This document shows, piece by piece, positions 59,687 to 64,000 of a stretch of 64,000 nt of DNA. The notes below the pieces were generated by a model. That model was not told where the DNA came from, did no database searches, and saw nothing but the letters and a program-made list of their open reading frames with translations. Source of the stretch: Opitutales bacterium (GTDB lineage Bacteria > Verrucomicrobiota > Verrucomicrobiia > Opitutales > PNEW01); the NCBI GenBank assembly GCA_965197745.1, contig CBDANS010000006.1, positions 1,440,001 to 1,504,000 of the forward strand, written 5' to 3'. Positions within the stretch are counted from its first letter, which is position 1. Each line of letters starts with the position of its first letter. The position numbers were made by a program, and so were the translations under genes.

Positions 59687-59785
59687 AGTGATAATTTATT
59701 TTTTATAAATAGTTTATCAGGTTAACTTTAATTCTCAATTAAATAGATTGTCATGTTGTAAGTGATGTAATGGTATTCGACAACG

Positions 59786-60775
59786 ATGAAAAAGGTAATG
59801 GGAATAGATGGAGGAGGGACACAAACGCGTGCAATAATCCTTGATGAAAAGGGCCATTTTCTTGGTCTCGGGCAAGCCGGTCCTTCCAATCCCAATGCCG
59901 TAGAGCTCGAACAATCCCTGACCGCGATCAATGGAGCTATGGCCTGCGCCTGTGAAAGTGCAGAGGTAAAGTTAAATGAAATCGATGCTGTGTTCCTCGG
60001 AATTTCCGGGCTGCCGCGCGTTAATCGTGAAGCTTTCAAAAAAACATTGACGGAGAAACTATCGTTCACCCCATCGCAATCTTTTGCTATCGATCATGAT
60101 TTGCACATCGCCTTGACGGGTGGATTAGCCGCTGAGCCGGGAATGGTTCTCGTTGTCGGCACGGGATCGGCCTGTTATGGACTGAAGGAAGATGGCAGTC
60201 GCAGTCAGGCAGGCGGGTGGGGATACCTTGTTGATGATTTTGGCAGCGCCTATTGGATAGGATTGCAAGCGCTTGCCGCGGTCGCGCAATCCGCGGATAG
60301 CCGCTCCGGGCCCACGGCGCTTACCTTGGCGATCAAAGGGGCCTTAGAGATAAATGAGATGAACGAGTTAATAAGCCTTATCTATGACCCTGATTTTAGC
60401 CAGCAGGAGATAGCAGCACTGGCACCGCACGTTTTCTATGCGGTGAGTTCGGGTGACACTGCCGCTCTGGCCATCATTAATCGAGGGTGCAGGGAACTGG
60501 CGCGTATGGCGACAACCGTGGCCCGTAAACTCAATTGGAAAAATGAGCCTTTAAAAATTGTGATCACCGGCGGCGTGGCCCGCGCCAAAAAACAATTTAT
60601 GAACCCGCTGAAAGCAGCATTAAAAGCCAGACTGCCCCAGGCCAGGCTTATCAAGCCAATCCTTCCTCCCGTTTTCGGTGCTGCATTACTTGCTTATAAG
60701 ATGATAAATGTATCACCGGATAATTCACTTTTAGGGAAACTTAAGGAAGCAGCAAAAGCGAAAAAGCTGAGTTAG
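59786..60775 (+). CDS. BadF/BadG/BcrA/BcrD-type N-acetylglucosamine kinase-like sugar kinase
   Basis: GIDGGGTQT, VGTGS, GGWGYLVDDFGSAYWIG, TGGV. Confidence 0.9.
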   Translation: MKKVMGIDGGGTQTRAIILDEKGHFLGLGQAGPSNPNAVELEQSLTAINGAMACACESAEVKLNEIDAVFLGISGLPRVNREAFKKTLTEKLSFTPSQSFAIDHDLHIALTGGLAAEPGMVLVVGTGSACYGLKEDGSRSQAGGWGYLVDDFGSAYWIGLQALAAVAQSADSRSGPTALTLAIKGALEINEMNELISLIYDPDFSQQEIAALAPHVFYAVSSGDTAALAIINRGCRELARMATTVARKLNWKNEPLKIVITGGVARAKKQFMNPLKAALKARLPQARLIKPILPPVFGAALLAYKMINVSPDNSLLGKLKEAAKAKKLS

Positions 60776-60861
60776 GATCACCGGGTGGATGATGGGATTG
60801 CGGAATTGCGAATGCGGATTTCGGATTGTTCCTGACGGTTATTAATTTCGTAATATTCGAT

Positions 60862-60951
60862 TTGTCATTGCGAGAAGCAGTGCGCCACGGTCGGCTGATA
60901 GCCTCCCTCGCAATGACAAGAGGAGGTGGAACGCGCTGTCCCTAACGCGTT
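60862..60951. repeat. Palindromic element (13-bp IR TTGTCATTGCGAG) followed by a GGTGGA-type REP
   Basis: IR arms at 60862-60874 and 60907-60919; GGTGGAACGCGCTGTCCCTAACGCGTT at 60925-60951. Confidence 0.75.
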
Positions 60952-61104
60952 GAGGATGAAACAATTAAAGAAACGCGACGAAGCGACAATGCTATCGAAG
61001 CTCCTGCCTTGGGTTAATATCCGTATAACAAGGATTGGTATTTAAGTATTGAAAGCAGAATTAAACAGGATAAATTAGAAACAGAAATTAAAGAAAGAGG
61101 ACAG

Positions 61105-61869
61105 ATGGTTACGCAGGAACAGTTGAATCACTACTGGGATAAGGGATGGGTCGTCGTCGAAGGGGTATTCGATCCTGCCGAGGTTGATCGCATCGCAGAA
61201 AGAGCCACGACCATTATTGAAGAGGAGATTAAGGATCCCAATATTCCCGCCGTGGCAGGTGAACGATTGGAAAATGGAGAGATCATTCCCCGTAAATTAA
61301 TGAACGCATTTTTCAAACATCATTCATTTCAGGAATTCGTTCTTAATGACCGGCTCAAAAAGGTAATCGAGATGTTTATAAAGGGCACCCCACTATTGTT
61401 TGCGGAACAGATACTCATGAAGCCGCCTCATCACGGGGGTCCCAAACCCTACCACCAGGATAATTTTCATTTTCAGTGTTTTCCCGCCGATCATGTAATT
61501 ACGGCCTGGATCGCGCTCGATGATGTAGGTGAAGAAAATGGGTGCCTGCGCTATATCAGTGGATCACACAAGGAGGGAATGATCCCCCACTTCCCGATGG
61601 AAAATGAACCTTACAATAAAATACCTGTTGAAGACCGCATAGATTTATCAAAAGAGGAGCTGGCACCAGTAGACAAGGGGGGTGTGGTCTTTCATCACGG
61701 ATATACATTACACAGTTCGCACCGCAATCATTCCGACCGCTGGCGAAGGGGGTACGCCACCCACTGGATAACGCCTGCTGTCAGCCGCAAGAATGGAGAT
61801 CTCGATGGCGCTGTTTTTAACGACGAACGTTATCGATCATTTCTCTCGAATTTAAGTCATAAAGAATAA
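61105..61869 (+). CDS. PhyH-family dioxygenase, copy 24 (canonical PHYHD1-like type)
   Basis: MKPP..GG.KPYHQD, WIALDD...ENGCL, GSH, TLHSSHRN.SDRWRR. Confidence 0.93.
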   Translation: MVTQEQLNHYWDKGWVVVEGVFDPAEVDRIAERATTIIEEEIKDPNIPAVAGERLENGEIIPRKLMNAFFKHHSFQEFVLNDRLKKVIEMFIKGTPLLFAEQILMKPPHHGGPKPYHQDNFHFQCFPADHVITAWIALDDVGEENGCLRYISGSHKEGMIPHFPMENEPYNKIPVEDRIDLSKEELAPVDKGGVVFHHGYTLHSSHRNHSDRWRRGYATHWITPAVSRKNGDLDGAVFNDERYRSFLSNLSHKE

Positions 61870-62092
61870 GCAGTAGGGTTGTTAAGTCAGGATCTCTTTC
61901 GGCTGATGAGATGGGGTAACGCCGTTCAATCAATACCTCAAAGCCCCAAGCCAAGGTCGTGTCTTTGCTCGTTTAAAGGTCTCACTTGGCCAGCATTTTG
62001 GCATCCCATCCTTCCCATTTAATTACCTTCACGTTCTACTTTCAAAACGATCCAGTTAGTTATGCCCGGTCAGATTAACTTTATTTCGTGAT

Positions 62093-63031
62093 ATGCCCTT
62101 TATTGAAAAGCCGCTTAATATCAAGCCGGTGGGTAACGATTTTTCGCCATTGGGCCAATTTGTCATTCCCAATGACAAGGATAACAGAGAGCACCTTTTA
62201 TTAGGGGGCAGTCCATGCTGCTTTTATCTTACCCTCCTGGGTTGCGATGAGAACCGAATGATCGGTCGTATCTGTTATAATGCGGACGGACAGATTGTAG
62301 CTGCTTTTCATTTGTCTCTTCCTGATGGTAAGCTTAATATAAAGAGAGCACCTGACCTCACTTCAACTGATCATTTGCGTCAAATAATAGAAGAGTCTGA
62401 ACGGATATTAATGGAGCAAAGTGACGTTGGTTTATTAGAGATATCTTCGTGGATTAAGCTGCAAGATTTTTCAAGTTTTCTCAGAAAGAGCGGTTTCAGT
62501 GATGTTTCAGAGGAAGAGATTATCTTTGAATATGACCTTGGAGGTGAGTTGGAACCGCCACGGAAAATAGACGGCGGCTCTATCAGAGAGTTGAACGAAG
62601 ATGATGAATTAGAAGTGGAAAGCCGAGCTAAAGTCCGGGGCAGTGCATTCAGTGGAGAGGATCTCGATTCTGTAGGAGCTTGGGGAATCCGAAACATTCA
62701 GAGAATGGTGGATTTTCGCAGGCGTACAGGAGGAAGCGATTTAGTGGTTTTAAATCAAAGCAGTGCCGTAATCTCTTTTGCTGCTTTCGACCTGTATAAA
62801 AAGATTTTGATCGGAGAGTTTGATCCTATTGGAACGCTGCCTGGTTATCAAAGAAAAGGACTGGCGAAAGCGGTTATACTCGATGGGTTGCGACGCATGA
62901 AAAAGAGTGGCATGAAAAAAGCCTTGGTTAGAACTCATGTCGATGTCATCCCTGCCATAAAGACCTATGAATCGATTGGCTTCAAACAGGTGGATCGAGC
63001 GATCTCATACGAGAAAAGATTGGGGAAATGA
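62093..63031 (+). CDS. GNAT-family N-acetyltransferase
   Basis: FDPIGTLPGYQRKGLAKA, PAIKTYESIGF. Confidence 0.85.
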   Translation: MPFIEKPLNIKPVGNDFSPLGQFVIPNDKDNREHLLLGGSPCCFYLTLLGCDENRMIGRICYNADGQIVAAFHLSLPDGKLNIKRAPDLTSTDHLRQIIEESERILMEQSDVGLLEISSWIKLQDFSSFLRKSGFSDVSEEEIIFEYDLGGELEPPRKIDGGSIRELNEDDELEVESRAKVRGSAFSGEDLDSVGAWGIRNIQRMVDFRRRTGGSDLVVLNQSSAVISFAAFDLYKKILIGEFDPIGTLPGYQRKGLAKAVILDGLRRMKKSGMKKALVRTHVDVIPAIKTYESIGFKQVDRAISYEKRLGK

Positions 63032-63078
63032 AAAACTCATATATAAAGTATATCATTCCATTTTAAACCATATAAAAA

Positions 63079-63103
63079 TGGTCGGGGTGACTGGACTTGA
63101 ACC
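63079..63103 (-). other. 3' fragment of a tRNA (tRNA-Pro-like), putative att site
   Basis: Reverse strand GGTTCAAGTCCAGTCACCCCGACCA gives T-loop + acceptor 3' strand + CCA, with no 5' half. Confidence 0.7.
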
Positions 63104-64000
63104 CGTTTTAACCGTGCATCTACATTCATTCAATTTCAACTTGTTTCTCTAATTGTTATTCCTGAGCACTTTAAGAAATTTTAAAAATGCACTAAAATGC
63201 AGTCAAATACAGCAAAGTGAATGATAATTAGCAAATCTTTAGCAAACTTTAACTTTATATTTAAGAATTATATATTTAAGTTAACAGACTGTTATCCATC
63301 AATGTGCAATTCGGACATATCTGGAATTTGAAGGTCAGTATCTTTTTTGTCCGGCATCGATTTAACCAATTATATCAGGATAATTCCTGATAATCATTAA
63401 GAGAGCTTTTCCTGTCGTCTGTCGTTAAGGATTTTCTTCATTCTATCCTCTGTTTCTTCCTGCTTGTTTTTTGAAAGAAAAGGGATCCTCATATCCCTGA
63501 GGCGATCAATCGTAGTTGAGGATAGCGAGGACTGAATCAATACTCAATCAAGGACAATGACACGTATTACTCGCAAAGCCCAATATAGGGAACAGCGGTT
63601 CAGTTCCTTATAATCGAATGATCTTATAGGATAAGATAGGATAAAAATGTCCTTGTGAAACCATCTTTACGTCATCGGCCAGTAGCATGACTGATTCCCC
63701 TATCCTATAAGAGTTCCTTCCTTGATCATCAGAATATCGAGGGGTCGATCGTGGCTCAGGTTAATATGTATTTGAAATTTCCGACACATTTGATAGAACA
63801 TGTAAATTTGACCTTCCGAAATTCTAAAAGCGAACAATTCCGAACATTTACAAATGATGAAACACCACCTCTATTCATTCTTGATTCCCTTAATCTCAAT
63901 GTGCGCCGTGCTGCCGATGTTCGGTGCTCATGAACCTCCGTCTTGCGCGGAACACTCCATCGTAGCCAGCGCGGTGCGCACCCCTGAGGACGTGCAAGCA

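Noticed and set aside
38636..61869. Fe/2OG halogenases within the array
   Set aside because: All 24 copies have HxD; halogenases replace the carboxylate with Ala or Gly.
61911..62068. Integron attC site before the GNAT gene (GGGGTAAC...GTTATGCCC)
   Set aside because: The end boxes pair imperfectly, there is no convincing internal palindrome, and no second site or integrase is present.
63300..64000. Coding sequence at the right edge
   Set aside because: Only short ORFs without recognisable motifs; cannot be supported from this window.

Overview
Bacterial chromosomal window, mid-40s % GC by eye. Gene content suggests Verrucomicrobiota/Opitutales, but that is an inference. The dominant feature is a very large expansion of PhyH-type (phytanoyl-CoA dioxygenase family) Fe(II)/2-oxoglutarate dioxygenases: 24 paralogs between 38.6 and 61.9 kb, 20 of them consecutive on the + strand. 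Nineteen of these (41550-57908) form an operon-like run with 1-34 nt spacers (one junction overlaps). All keep the HxD...H iron triad and share a Trp-rich C-terminal motif, while the putative substrate-contact segments vary and some copies look mosaic. The array sits among catabolic genes: enolase-superfamily enzyme, DUF4432 epimerase, aldo/keto reductase, acetamidase, sugar kinase, and a GH36-like protein. The left 12 kb is an IS3 hot spot with truncated AcrB-like, Sel1 and secreted-protein genes. Two diverged IS3 transposases there carry a near-identical 32-nt GCGAAGC-containing mini-insert at the same conserved codon, and free copies of that mini-element occur elsewhere. Also present: a BlaI/BlaR1-TonB module with operator-like palindromes; two four-helix-bundle genes in heptamer-repeat cassettes plus apparent empty sites; (CAGGGTT)n arrays; REP-like families; purN; an orphan xanthine-dehydrogenase-family large subunit; a two-gene NAD-linked formate dehydrogenase; and a 3' tRNA-Pro-like fragment near the right end that probably marks a genomic-island boundary. 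All family calls come from motif recognition only; no searches were run.
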